A DNA stretch of 64,000 nt from Eledone cirrhosa (taxonomy: Eukaryota): the NCBI GenBank assembly GCA_964016885.1, contig OZ024742.1:89838001-89902000 (forward strand), written 5' to 3'. The notes beneath the pieces were generated by a model that saw only the letters and a list, made by a program, of their open reading frames with translations, made no database searches and was not told the origin of the DNA. Positions 1-12,090 of this stretch are shown one piece after another. The first letter of the stretch is position 1. Each line of letters starts with the position of its first letter. The translations under genes were made by a program, and so were the position numbers.

Positions 1-189
1 CGTATGTATGTATGATTGTGTGAATGCATATGTTTTTGTGTGAATGTATGTGTGTGTAAAAGGAAGAAAAGGGATACGCACATATTTATGTCTCTAACTT
101 AAAAACGGTGACACACATACACACATACGTCTCTAATTTAAGAACGGCGATTAACACACGCACGACCACATACACACACTGTCTTATTA

Positions 190-645
190 CCACTTAAGGG
201 CTTTGGCACGTGCAAACATCCCATCAAATTTGGAACCGTCTGGGTTGTACAGAATTGATGGTAAAAGACTTGACGGTCTACTCTGTGCTCCTGGTCAAGA
301 GGTAGATGCCTTATCTGGGACGTCACAGTTAGTGACTCTTTTGCTTCTTCCCACATCCTGAATGCAATGGTAAGGATGAGAGCTACAGCATCTGCAGCTG
401 AACGGAACAAAATCCTAAAATACCGTGTTCTGTCAGCTAATTATCCATCCTGTGGCGTTCGAGACGTTTGGGGAAGTCGGGCTACTGACAACGAGGTTCT
501 CATCTTCACTGTCGGCTTGTAAATCAGAGGTAACTGGTGATACTCGTGAGGGCACTTGGTTGTTCCAGCACCTCAGCTTCGCCATCACCCCAGGTAACGC
601 TGCGAGCAAAAGTTATACTTCATTTTGCTCTCGAACGCTGCTATC
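190..645 (+). mobile_element. CRE-clade non-LTR retrotransposon fragment (restriction-like endonuclease C-terminus), frameshifted
   Basis: Reading across frames gives EPSGLYRIDGKRLDG..WSRGRCLIWDVTVSDS..AERNKILKY..PVAFETFG..TGDTREGTWLFQHLSFAI.GNAAS, the pattern of CRE RLE domains. Confidence 0.75.
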
Positions 646-984
646 ATGAGTGTGTGACTGTATGTGTGTATTTGTGTAAATGTATATGTGTGAATATGTC
701 CTTGAGCGTGTATTTTTGTAAGTTTGTATTTGCGCGATTATAGTTATATACTCATACATATAGATGTATGTATATGCACATACAGACATGCACACACATG
801 CGTCAGCGTATTGAAAAAAGTCGTAATCTCTTCATCTATCTCTTTCACTCATTCTCTCAAATTATTTATATTTAATCAAGAGTTACGAAATTTAGTACAT
901 AAATTATGTAATATTCATTCATTATTTATTCAAAGTAATCCAACTTATTTCAATAACTCGATTAAAAGAAAGAAATCGGATGCT

Positions 985-2300
985 GTCCAGCACTTCTCCC
1001 TTTATTATAGTATAGATGTACTATTTAGAATAACCGAAAGATTCTCAGCTCTGGAGTTTAAGAATGATGTCATATTCCACGCTAGGAAGACTGCCTTGCT
1101 CTTTGAAAACTCCACTTGGTTAAAGAGAGCTCCAGACTCTCATTTCGACGTCAGTATGGGCTCGACTGACTCGGTCATGGTGACCGACCTTATAGGACTA
1201 TACATACTCCATAAACACATCGAAAAGTTTCGTGTGTTCGGCGGTGGTCTGTATCGAGATTACGGGCTTCTTACCCTCACAGGGTACAGCCCCAGTACAC
1301 GGACCGGGTCCGTAAACACCACATGAAATTATTCCGCGATTTGGGTTTCAAAATCAGCCTACAGTCGTCCCTTACCCGCATCAATTTTCTGGATGTTACA
1401 TACAACCTGGAGAATCATTTGTACTACCCACATAGGAAACCTAATGCGAATTTACACTCTATCCAGCAGAGTTCTAACCATCCAAGGGACATTACCAATA
1501 ACTTAGTAAAAAAATCTCGCCCCGCATACCTCGCTTGTCCGCAAGCGAGCAGATCTTCAAAGAACACGTGCCATATTACAACTAGGCCTTCAAAAGAAGC
1601 GGATTCTTATTATCCAGGCCCTTCTAGCGGATCCAGCAGGTGACGCCGCCACTCACGCCAGGTAACGTGGTTCAACCCTCACCACTATGTCGAGACTGCA
1701 ACACCAATTGGCAAGATCTTCTTCAGACTTCTCGATAAACAATTCTCATCCAACACCGCTACCACAATATCATCAACAAAAACACTGTTAAACTTTCTTA
1801 CAGCACTACACCCAACTTTGCACAAAACATTTCTTCATCTAACAATAAAAAACTCCTCTCTAGCAGAATAAATAACAACGATATTAGAAGTGATCAAACT
1901 AGGAAGTGTAACTGTCCGGATCGTGCCCCCATCGTGCCCCCACAACAATAGATGCCGAGGACAAAACGTGGTCTACCAGTGCAATATGAGGATGGAAAAC
2001 TCCAACAGGCCTACATCGGATTAACCGCCTCCGATTTTAAGACCCGGTATTATTAACACCAACACCAACACACATCTAGAAACCCGGCCCGGCGATACGC
2101 GGCAGCATTTTCTGGCCATATATTGGGACCTCCAAGACAACAATATTACCTACCATCTAAGTTGGAACATACTTTCCAAGACAAAATCTTACTCGGGAGG
2201 ACGCCGTCCGTGTAATCTATGCTCGGAGAAAACAATCCAGATGCTGTTTGCAAAGGCCCGACTTTTAAACAAAAATGATGAACTCGTTCCCTCGTGTAAA
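985..2300 (+). mobile_element. Penelope-like retroelement relic (RT plus C-terminal GIY-YIG)
   Basis: FDVSMGSTDS..DLIGLYIL..GLYRDYGL (GLYRDDGL-type RT), INFLDVT..YPHRKPN, SSNHP, WFNP, then CNCP..NVVYQC..YIGLT; several frameshifts. Confidence 0.85.
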
Positions 2301-2676
2301 TACAGAATACATAGGACATATCGTATCTTCAAACCCTCTCACGACCCAGGTGGGTAGACCTCGGTTGTATCTCCTTCCTAATTACAAAGTAAGTATGAAT
2401 AAATATATATACGAAACCATGTTAGAGGTAACTAAATATGTTCACTTTTCTCCTAGTTTATTTTACACCTAATTCTGTTTAGTTGACTGTATATCTGGTC
2501 GATTTATACACGCTGTCGAAATACTCGATAAATACTCCGTCACAACCGCCGCGAAGGGCTGCTTTCGGTTATTTGTCGGAGATTTCTTCATAGAAGCCTT
2601 TATTCGTATAGCTTGGTCTAATCGATTTTTTATACGGTTAATTATGCTAATAGGGAGACGAAACGGTATATATTTC

Positions 2677-3416
2677 GAGTGAGTTAATCGGCCGGGCGCA
2701 CCGAAAACGATTTTTGGAAAAAATGAAACGAAATTTCATTTCTCACTCTTAGTACGGCTGTTACTTACATATAAGTATGTATACGTACATACATATATGT
2801 ATACAGACGTAGAGTAGTATGTATATATATACATACATGCACACATATATATATATGTACGTATGTATTTACCGAACATTTATTATAATGCTCGGATTGT
2901 TTGTAAACAAACAAACATCCCGAATTAAGCCGTACAGTGTTTAGCAACCATCGTTGCCCTTTTGTTCAACACTGACAAAGGAACGATGTACTAGTTTCAA
3001 GCTTATTATCTATCGTCAGCACCGTATACCTTCCTGCCAGATGATTGAACGTCTGAATGTTCATACTTTCCTTATGCATATTAACGGTTGAGCAGCCCAA
3101 TTTGGATATCGAGTGAGTTAATCGGCCGGGCGCACCGAAAACGATAAATGGAAAAAATGAAACGAAATTTCATTTCTCACTCTTAGTACGGCTGTTACTT
3201 ACATATAAGTATGTATACGTACATACATATATGTATACAGACGTAGAGTAGTATGTATAAAATATACATACATGCACACATATATATATGTACGATGGAT
3301 TTACCGAACATTTATTATAATGCTCGGTTTGCTTGTAAACAAACAAACATCCCGAATTAAGCCGTACAGTGTTTAGTAACAGCCGTACTAAGAGTGAGAA
3401 ATGAAATTTCGTTCAT
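2677..3416. repeat. About 270-bp direct repeat pair (2677-2950, 3110-3380) followed by a short inverted copy (3376-3416)
   Basis: cgagtgagttaatcggccgggcgcaccgaaaacg...ccgtacagtgtttag occurs twice; gtaacagccgtactaagagtgagaaatgaaatttcg is the reverse complement of part of the unit. Confidence 0.85.
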
Positions 3417-3804
3417 TTTCCTTTCACATACTGTACCGATTGTGTTGTTAATTGTGTTTACCTTTTATATACACATATGTATATCAACGACTACGTGGAC
3501 CTCTCAAAATTGCTGGATTTTCTGATTGGACTTTCACCTCGAAACTGGATACCAACCAGGAGTACACCTGAACTTCCACCAGAAAATCTTTCGTATCTTT
3601 GAAATTTTCTTTGCTTCTTGCATTTAAAAATTCCACGACTCTCTACCACTTTTCCTTTACTACATTCTTCTCAGCCGTCTATTTTTCACTCCCACCCAAG
3701 TACCTTCGATATACCGAATCTCAAATCTTTTCTATTTGTATCTAAAGACATTGTTTCTAATTCCATCCCGCCCGTCCCCTTAATCTATTTTATTTCTCAT
3801 TCTT

Positions 3805-3840
3805 TCTTCTGATGAAGGACTAGCGACCGAAACGTTAAGA
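3805..3840 (+). ncRNA. Minimal type I hammerhead ribozyme motif
   Basis: tctt-CTGATGA-agg actagcga cc-GAAAC-gtta-aga; very short stems, typical of PLE minimal HHRs. Confidence 0.55.
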
Positions 3841-3959
3841 CCTTCTTCCTGCTATATCAAGCGTTAACCTAATATATACCTTCCTTATACTGTACAGATT
3901 GCGTTGTTATTTCTGTTAACCATTTACACACACACACACACATATATATATATAAGAAC

Positions 3960-4262
3960 GTAGATTTTATATGTGGCAGGTGCTCAGGTGCAATAGATAG
4001 CAAGTGCCCACAGCTTATTAGCTCCTTCAATTGCCCAGATTGTTCTATAGAAATAGTGGACGCCTTCCGTTACCTGGGTGACAAAATCAACAATATATGT
4101 TTTCTGAAAGTACAGTAGCCAAAGTCAGAATGGGATGGAAAAAGTTCAGAGAGCTTATACCACGATTGGCCACTACAGATTTCTCTCTACAAATGAAAGG
4201 CAGACTGTATGATGCCTGCATACGAACAGCAATGTTACATGGCTGTGAATCATAGGCATTGT
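3960..4262 (+). mobile_element. RTE-type LINE RT C-terminal fragment
   Basis: IEIVDAFRYLGD..KVRMGWKKFRELIPRLAT..MKGRLYDACIRTAMLHGCES. Confidence 0.75.
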
Positions 4263-4264
4263 GT

Positions 4265-4965
4265 TCGCTACTGCTGCACTTAGGTTACCTTCGTAACATG
4301 CTGTGGGCTCATCCGGGATCCTAAATAGGGCCTTTGGACCCCTGGCTATTGCAATATCTGCTCCTTATCCTAGATGTGGAAGACGGGACGGGACGTTTGG
4401 CACCACACAGTGATGTTCTGTTCGGGAGTTGGTCCAGCTCCCAAGGCCAAAGTTCGGTAATAGTCCCTCCAGGATTTTCCCTATGTATAGCACTGCGTAT
4501 CTCTCCCTTCTTCGTTCCAAGGAGTAGAGGTTTAGTTCTTTTAGCCTCTCCCAGTAGCTTATCTCCTTCATCGTCGCAACCCTCTTGGTGTAGCTTCGCC
4601 GGATTGCCTCAAGCTCCGTGGTTAGTTTGACACTATGGGGTGACCACAGCTGGGAGCCATAGACCATGAGGCTTAGGACAAATGTCCTCCATACTATCAA
4701 CATGGTGTCTCGGTGTCTTGTCCAGAAACTCCTCAAGATCCAGCCAGCGAGTCATCTGCACATTGTCGCCCTTTCCATGATGTGGGAAGAAAAAGATGCA
4801 TTGTCGCTCATGTCTATTCTCAGGACTCGTATCGATTTCGAGCGGAATTTCGATCCCTTCTGGTCCGGTGTATCTGTGTTGTATTGTCTCTGTATTTGCA
4901 GGTTTGTATTGTAGACCTTGAAATTTTCCAGCATTAAACTGGATATTGTTGTCCTCAGCCCATTT
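4265..4965 (-). mobile_element. CR1/L2-group LINE 3' fragment
   Basis: WAEDNNIQFNAGKF, DMSDNASFSSHI, YGSQLWSPH, SYWERLKELNLYSLERRRERY in minus-strand ORFs. Confidence 0.8.
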
Positions 4966-5075
4966 GTAACATGTAAATAAACAAATAAATAAACGAATAC
5001 AAACACACACAGACACCCGGATGTGGCGCATCCGCAGACTGAGCACAGGCACAAAAACAAAGAAAAGAATCTCCA

Positions 5076-5118
5076 GTCACTGAAGAGGTCACAGAATGTG
5101 TGACGAAAGAACTTTGAC
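5076..5118 (+). ncRNA. Type I hammerhead ribozyme motif
   Basis: gtca-CTGAAGA-g gtcaca gaatg tgtgac-GAAA-gaac tt-tgac; a paralogous copy with shared flank lies on the minus strand at 45971-46013. Confidence 0.7.
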
Positions 5119-5326
5119 AACATATAAACAACTATCTGGTTGTGGAACCAACCAACCAACCAGAAATTTATAAATTCCCAAATTTATAAATTTATTATAA
5201 TAAATTGAAGTGAAAGCATCTGGTGCGTGTGTTTCTTATTGGCAACATGACCCTCCCAAAGCATAACAATATCGGTTTCAACGCACGTTTTCAGATAAAG
5301 AATCTTGCTAAACAAATTCAGAAACG

Positions 5327-5445
<119 letters not shown>

Positions 5446-5528
5446 CATCAAGTGTAAATGTGTATCAACTTTACTCATATAGTTGCCAAATTTAAACAAT
5501 ATTAATATTCGCTTTTTTATTATTTTAG

Positions 5529-6238
5529 GTTATGGTTACTGTGGTACCCAGGTGTATAACACTGCGACTCAAATTTGCTGTGAATCTCAGGTTTTATCCA
5601 AAAATGGATTGAAGAGGCCTGCTTGCTGTGGAAGTGTAGTATTTGATGGGGAAGATAAATTATGTTGCGCTGGTAGTTTAATAGATAAGGCAGCAGATAT
5701 GAATGCATGTTGTGGCAACGCGGGGATAGATGCATCTCTTACGGTCTGTTGTGGGGGGAACAATACAGTCAGGCTCACCCACATATGTTGTGGTGGGGTA
5801 GCAGTTGAAAGAAAAACTGTAGTTGATGGTTGTTGCGGGGCAGCTCTTATCAATACATACAAAGAACTTTGCTGTGGTGGGGTTAAAAAGGTGATCGCAA
5901 CCAGCTTTCCTGGAGGTTCTAATGTCATAGAAAACACATACGCTTGTTGTGGATCCAACATTTACAAAACAACTGTAAACGAATGTGTCGCTGGAAATAT
6001 CAGGCCAAAGCATGTCCATTATCCACATCCACCAATGCTACCACCCAGAATACCAATACCACCACCCCAACTACCAATACCGCATCCCCATCTACCAATA
6101 CCACATCCCCAACTACCAATACCACCACCCCAACTACCAATACCGCATCCCCATCTACCAATACCACATCCCCAACTACCAATACCACCACCCCAACTAC
6201 CACTATATCCATGGTGGACACGGCCGGGGTGGCAATAA
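5529..6238 (+). CDS. Terminal exon of a galaxin-like (double-Cys repeat) protein with a Pro/His-rich C-terminal tail; probably secreted
   Basis: Uninterrupted frame with nine CC dyads (ICCES, ACCGS, LCCAG, ACCGN, VCCGG, ICCGG, GCCGA, LCCGG, ACCGS); polypyrimidine tract and AG acceptor at 5527-5528 (phase 1); TAA stop followed by two AATAAA. Upstream exon(s) not identified. Confidence 0.85.
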
Positions 6239-6253
6239 GCTTTGCTTGATATC

Positions 6254-6272
6254 AATAAATGCATTCAATAAA
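6254..6272 (+). promoter_or_regulatory. Tandem polyadenylation signals of the galaxin-like gene
   Basis: AATAAA at 6254-6259 and 6267-6272, followed by a GT/T-rich tract (tgttttgtctgttt). Confidence 0.7.
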
Positions 6273-6499
6273 CATATATGAATCCATGTTTTGTCTGTTT
6301 ATTTTGTTTTATATTTAACATATATTTGTCCGGAATTTTAGATAGTATTTCAACCTCTTTAGTTATGGAGGAGAAAAATATCAAACGTATTCTAGCGGCA
6401 AAGATCACTTCAAATATATTCTCAAAAAACAGTATTTCAAGAGCCATGTTTTCCATTAATTATCCGTGATTCAAACTTTCCAATCATAAAAAAATATTT

Positions 6500-8700
6500 A
6501 AAAGGTAAATAAACAAGGTGAAATTGTAAACGAGAGGGTTGCTTGAACCAGTAATGTAGTGTGTCGAGAGTGAAAACGTTAAATGGTTATTGAAAGGTTT
6601 TGCTCGCACAACTGACTAGTTAACATTTCCACACAGACGAGTGGGAGCTCTGTCAGCTTGACATCGTAATTTATTTGTCTGAGAAGATTGACTTCCAAGA
6701 CTAATGAGCATCTTCTTCCCACAAATCTTGAACCTGTTGTTGGCTTTTCGTTCATCAATCAAGTATTCTCAGTATACTACCCAATGCTCATTTGCATGAT
6801 ATTCCATTGCTTTATTATTATTGCCGCATCTTAATGACTTGAAACAATTAGTTTAAGAAAGGAAAAGATAATGGTTATTGATCATTCGAAAATCCAATCG
6901 CATAGACCAAATATAATTCATCTTAACCAGTCAAAGACAAATAATTCAAAACCCTGGATTTATGAATAGAGTAAACATTGGGAATCGTAGAATAGTTAGG
7001 ACAAAATTTAAAATAAACCAAAATTAGCAAGACTTCAAATTATAAATAAAGAAACTAAAAATTATAAATAGCGTCGATAAGATTTCTAAATAGAGCTAAG
7101 TATATTATTAGTGTCAAAATAGAGAATTGATGGAAGTAATTTGTCAGCATTCTTCTAAACGAAATATGAAACGCTGCAATGATAATAGAAGTTGGCATCA
7201 TTTTCAACAAATAGATTTAGTAGTTAAGATGGAAATAGATGGAAAATAGCATAGCTAGACAGTAGAAGAAATAAAGCTGAATAGAAACTGTACAGAAAAA
7301 TATTGTGAAAAGTAGAATATTCGGAAAAAGCGTTTTGAAAGATGAGATTAATTCGTACCTACCAAATCTTTCATATAACAGGCATAAAAATATAGACAGA
7401 AAATCAATCTGGTTAAGCTCTCCCTAGTACGGTAAAGGTTAAGCTCTCCCTAGTACGTAAAGGTAAACGTAGATAAGAAGTTCTTAGAAAATGAGAAAAC
7501 TTGGACGAAAAAGACGGAGACCATCAGACGCCCCCAAAAAGGGAAAATTTAGAAACGATTTTGGAGAGCGGAGTAAGCATAAATAAAATAGAAAATGAAA
7601 CGTACAAAAGTACAATAAAAATTTGAGGAAAAGAAATAAATATTTAAAGTAGTCTATAATCGAGATATTAAATACATGTTTAAAACTTATATCAGATACT
7701 ACATAGTTTGCCATTAAATGACATATCTGTCAACCACAAGGAACTACCATTACAAATTTATTCTGTAGAGACTAAAGACAATATAGATGTAACCATCTCA
7801 ATAGACATAATAAAAATACGATGACACCTATAATAATATATACCAAAATACAACAGCCAAGATACACCTGGGTGGTGACTGCTCAAAGACGTTCCTTATA
7901 CAACGTAGTTTCATCTAACCGCAAAGTGGAATATTGTTAACTGGAGAGCACTCAAGAGATTTAAGTTTTGTAGATGACAGGAATCCTCACAAATACAGCT
8001 ATGAGATTTAAATGACGTCTATACCAAATGTATATAAAAAAATAAACATTTTCGGTTTGAACATTCAGAATGAGAAACCAGGTACAAAACAATGCAGCAA
8101 CACACAGTAAGAGATTAAAAGAAAAGACACTTTAATAAAGAATGTAAATAATTACGAATATCTAGGTCAGAATTATCAGACAAAGCAAAGAAATAAATTT
8201 GAGAACAAGAACAATGGTGAGATAAATTTGTTTAAGAAGGAACGATAATATATACGGCGATAAGATTACCTATGTTGGTGAAAAGGAATGTGTTCAATCA
8301 CTAATGTTTGCACTGTTGTATATGCAAGGGGAACGTGGAAGACATACCAGAGTTATGTGCTTGTGTGTGAAGAAAGGGATGAGAAAGAGGACAGTAATTA
8401 GAAATATACTTAAGGAAATAACAATGAAAAACAAAGTAAAGGTCGGCAGTAATTTTTAAACAAAACGGCAGACGATAGGTGGACAAAGAGAACCACTGAC
8501 TGGATTACAGGAGAGAGATGGAAATAGAGCAGTAAACAGAAATTCATGAAGACGAACAGGAGAAGTACAAGACAAATTTGAACAAGAATAGCGTTGAACA
8601 TAAAGTATGTAAGGGGCGTCAAAAGGGATACGTTCAGGAATGAAATGCCAAGCCCTAAAGAAGTGCGCGGCTATCTCTGGCAACAACATATATACGGCCG
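6500..8700 (+). mobile_element. Highly degraded RTE-like LINE
   Basis: Residual motifs: NERVA near 6527, LSFVDD near 7960, YEYLGQ near 8152, ADDRWTKRTTDW near 8468; purine-rich strand bias. Confidence 0.5.
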
Positions 8701-9129
8701 AGACAAAAGAGTGCAAGATATATAGCTAAGGGCTCTGTGATTCATATCGCTCCAGTGATGTTTCCTGAGACCATATGTAATGTACGTAACTCTCATTAGC
8801 TGAGACTACAAAGATTGAAGTGTGTAATTGACTAGAGAGAAAATGAGCCCAATTCCATTAGATTGTGTTTGGCTATAGGGGTTAATCTATCGCCAAGTTT
8901 AAAACCATCACCGCTGGCATGATTTATTTTTGTGATGAGCCTGGAGATTTAGAATAATATTATTGGGTTTTTTTAAATGCTTCAAACTATCAATCGTATT
9001 AGATGCAAATATGTCAGTGGTGAATTTCCTATGTATAATTCTAAATCGGTCCAATGGCTTGATTTTTCTGTATAGATTTACCAGCGTAATTTGAGTTACA
9101 TCTTAATTGCCTACCAGCACGAGCGCTTA

Positions 9130-10220
9130 TCTATATATATAAAACTGTGGTTGTCTGTCTGTCTATCGATTTTTGGCACACATCTCCTCTTAGAATCTCT
9201 GACGGAATTGCACCGAAATTGCTATACTTGTACATTGAGCCCTAGCGAAGACATCGGAAAAAAGTATTTCAAATTGACCCACCCTATGTGACGAAATCGA
9301 ATATAATGTATCGATTTTTGAGCGTAAGTTATCAGTTATTTCCCTTTGTTCTGTTTACATTGAGCGTCTTACGTAAAAAATTACGCTGGCTTTCTCAGCG
9401 TTTAAAATGACATTAACACAATACACGAACAATTGTCGAGCCAGCAAAATATTGACCTGCAAAATTCATCAGTTCGAACACTAAGCTTCCGTTTTGCTTC
9501 ATTTCCATTTAAAAGCATTTTAAAACAATATTTTTACTTGAAAACAAGTCTATTTAAAGACTACGTAAAACAAGCAAATATTTCGTAAAAAAAAGCAAAA
9601 ATTATATAAGTTTATTTAAAATATATGTATCTGTAAATTTCGTTAGGCGTGCAGACAGACAGTCGTGCAGACAGACAGTCGTGCAGACAGACAGTCGTGC
9701 AGAGAGGTGATATACGCGTGCAGACAGATAGTCGTGCAGAGAGGTGATATAGGCGTGCAGACAGACAGTCGTGCAGAGAGGTGATATAGGCGTGCAGACA
9801 GATAATCGTGCAGAGAGGTGATATAGGCGTGCAGACAGACAGTCGTGCAGAGAGGTGATATAGGCGTGCAGACAGACAGTCGTGCAGAGAGGTGATATAG
9901 GCGTGCAGACAAACATAACTGATAATTTGGTTACGCTAATGTTTTTCTCTGCGTTGCAGTGTTTACATTTTCGATCTTTGTTAATAAATAACCAGTGCAG
10001 TTTCTATCCCCAGCATCCTCTTTTGTTATAACATTCGGGTTATCGTTATGTTTTCTTAACTTCATAAGGCATATTGTTGGTTGAGGGAATATTAATCAAA
10101 AACACCACATGCAAGTCTGCACAGTAGACACTACAGTTTTTAAGCCAAGAAAGAAACTTAACATTGTAACTTTAACACAGCTACTGAGCGACCCCGAGCA
10201 ACGCCGGGCTTTACTGCTAG
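9130..10220 (+). mobile_element. Non-autonomous Helitron
   Basis: 5' TC (tctatatatataaa), 3' hairpin cccgagcaacgccggg then CTAG; inserted between A9129 and T10221 with no TSD; termini resemble the Helitron at 57383-61025. Confidence 0.85.
9646..9911. repeat. 37-bp minisatellite inside the Helitron
   Basis: Unit gtgcagacagacagtcgtgcagagaggtgatataggc, about 6 copies plus 16-bp subunits. Confidence 0.9.
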
Positions 10221-10469
10221 TTATATATGAATTAGAATGTCCATTTTCAGACGGCAAAAAACAAAGAAAAGACGTCGCTCCTATGGCACTACGAAAAAGT
10301 TGACATTTCTATCACGTAGAACTAGACATCACACAGATCTTAAATCTTTCATTATATTTATCTTGCTGTATAACAATTCTATACAGTTTTTAATTATGAT
10401 AATCTTAACTACACTAGTAATGGCGACGCTGGGTTACGCAGTAATAAGCATAACTACTGCTGCTGCCCA

Positions 10470-12090
10470 CCAAATGTAAGAAGAAAAAGTTAAAGAGAAG
10501 AGAACAATTAAACAATAATTCCAACCTATCGCACTGAGCAAAGTCCTCCGACATCTTGTAGCCAAGATAGCTTGTAAGTCAGTCAAATATGACCTGGGCG
10601 AGGCGCTAAGCTCTGTTCAGCTCGGAGTGAGAGCTGTGTGGATGTAAGGTGGCAGCACATGCAGCTAGATACTTCTTGGACACATGCCTCTTTCGACATT
10701 CTACCTCCTAAAGAAGTAGAAAACGAGAAACGCTTTCAACAGCGGAAGGCGAGATCACGTCTTAGACGAGCCCCTTTGATATTCCCTCATGTTCACCTCT
10801 CGTACGGGACACCAAACATACTCATTGCCGCTGACAACAAGGTCACTTCTGCTACAGATATCCAGCATGAAGACAAACTTGTTCCGCTCCTCTTTGTGCT
10901 GGCAGGCGTAAGGTTTCCCACTCTGCCGGTCGCCCTTCATTGGCTTGTACCTGGACTACGTGACCCCTAAGGGCTCAGTTGAGTCGGCAGTTAGGTACCT
11001 CCGGGTAATCATACAGCTTCGGACTTGAGATAAACCCATCCAAGTCCGAGTTGATAAACGTAAGCTACGGTGAGGCCACTTCTACGACGCCATACACAGC
11101 ATCCACCCCGTATTGTCCGGAGCTCGGCCTATGCCCAAAGACTATGTCTGCTTTCACGGCTCTCCAATTCTCTTGACAACCATACTAGAGTGCCTGGAGA
11201 CCAAGCACGCAGACCTGTTTAGGATGATGGAGAGGCGCTTTTCATCCAGAGGAACTGCCTTCCCGTTTCTAACTTCTTGTTAACACACTCGTCTCTCTCT
11301 CGTAGATCACCTCGGTGAACTTGATGCCACTATCCCACGCTGTGTGGAACTCATCCGTAACGTTAGTTTCGACAGTGCCGGCTGGCAAAAGGCGAGACTC
11401 CCTGTGGGGTTTAGTGGCCTCGGCCTCCATCCGCTCCAAATCTGGCGCTGTTGGCCTGCTTCTCCTCAAATCTACCTTCATAGGGCTCGATTCAGGCTTA
11501 AAGCAATACAGCCTCGCCTGCCTCTGTCCCGCTTCGCAGTCAAACAGCGGCACGTGCATCAATTCAGTGCCCCCTTCATCAACCGGTAGCTTTCTTGATG
11601 ATGTGTGCACTCGAATCGAAATGGCCCAACGCCTCGGCTTCCGCATGTGTGAACCACACGCATGCCGTTGTGGAGCTGTCATCGATTAATTCGGCCTGCA
11701 CCTACAATCATGCCACCACAATGCAAGCCAGTTTCCCCGAGATACCGCTGTCAACGACATAATGAGAAGAAGCTTAGAGGCAGCCGGTTTCCCATTACAA
11801 CTGGAGCCAGTAGACGTCGACCATGGAGACGGCAAGAGACACGGCGGAATTACCTTCTTTCCATTAGAGAGAGGTAAATCTGGAACGCGACACACTGCGA
11901 TACGTTCTCCACATTGAACTCAGTCGCTTCGACCAAAAATCTTGCATGCTATGCAGAGGACAGAAAGCCAAGCAAATACACGAGCTGGACCACCCGGTTC
12001 CTCCTTGCACCGGTCGTCATCGAAACTTCAGGCGTCCTCCGATTCCATACAGCTGACTTCCTCTGTAGAATCGCAGATATAACATTACCG
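10470..12090 (+). mobile_element. CRE-clade non-LTR retrotransposon relic (RT, zinc knuckle, RLE)
   Basis: PIALSKVLRHLVAK..VQLGV, degenerate IQHEDKLVPLLF (QGDPLGPLLF), CEPHACRCG, LEPVDVDHGDGKRHGGIT, PVVIETSG. Confidence 0.75.

Noticed and set aside
5483-5528. ORF-track start (TTG) of the 251-aa ORF
   Set aside because: It lies in the polypyrimidine tract of an intron; the coding segment most likely starts at the acceptor.
5520-6281. Alternative-frame and antisense ORFs over the galaxin-like exon (Thr-rich, GSWGGG, YQYHH repeats)
   Set aside because: These are shadows of the 21-nt repeat; only the Cys-dyad frame has an acceptor site, family motifs and poly(A) signals.
9646-9911. 37-bp periodic repeat resembling a CRISPR array
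   Set aside because: Units are contiguous with no unique spacers, no cas genes are present, and the context is a eukaryotic Helitron; it is a minisatellite.
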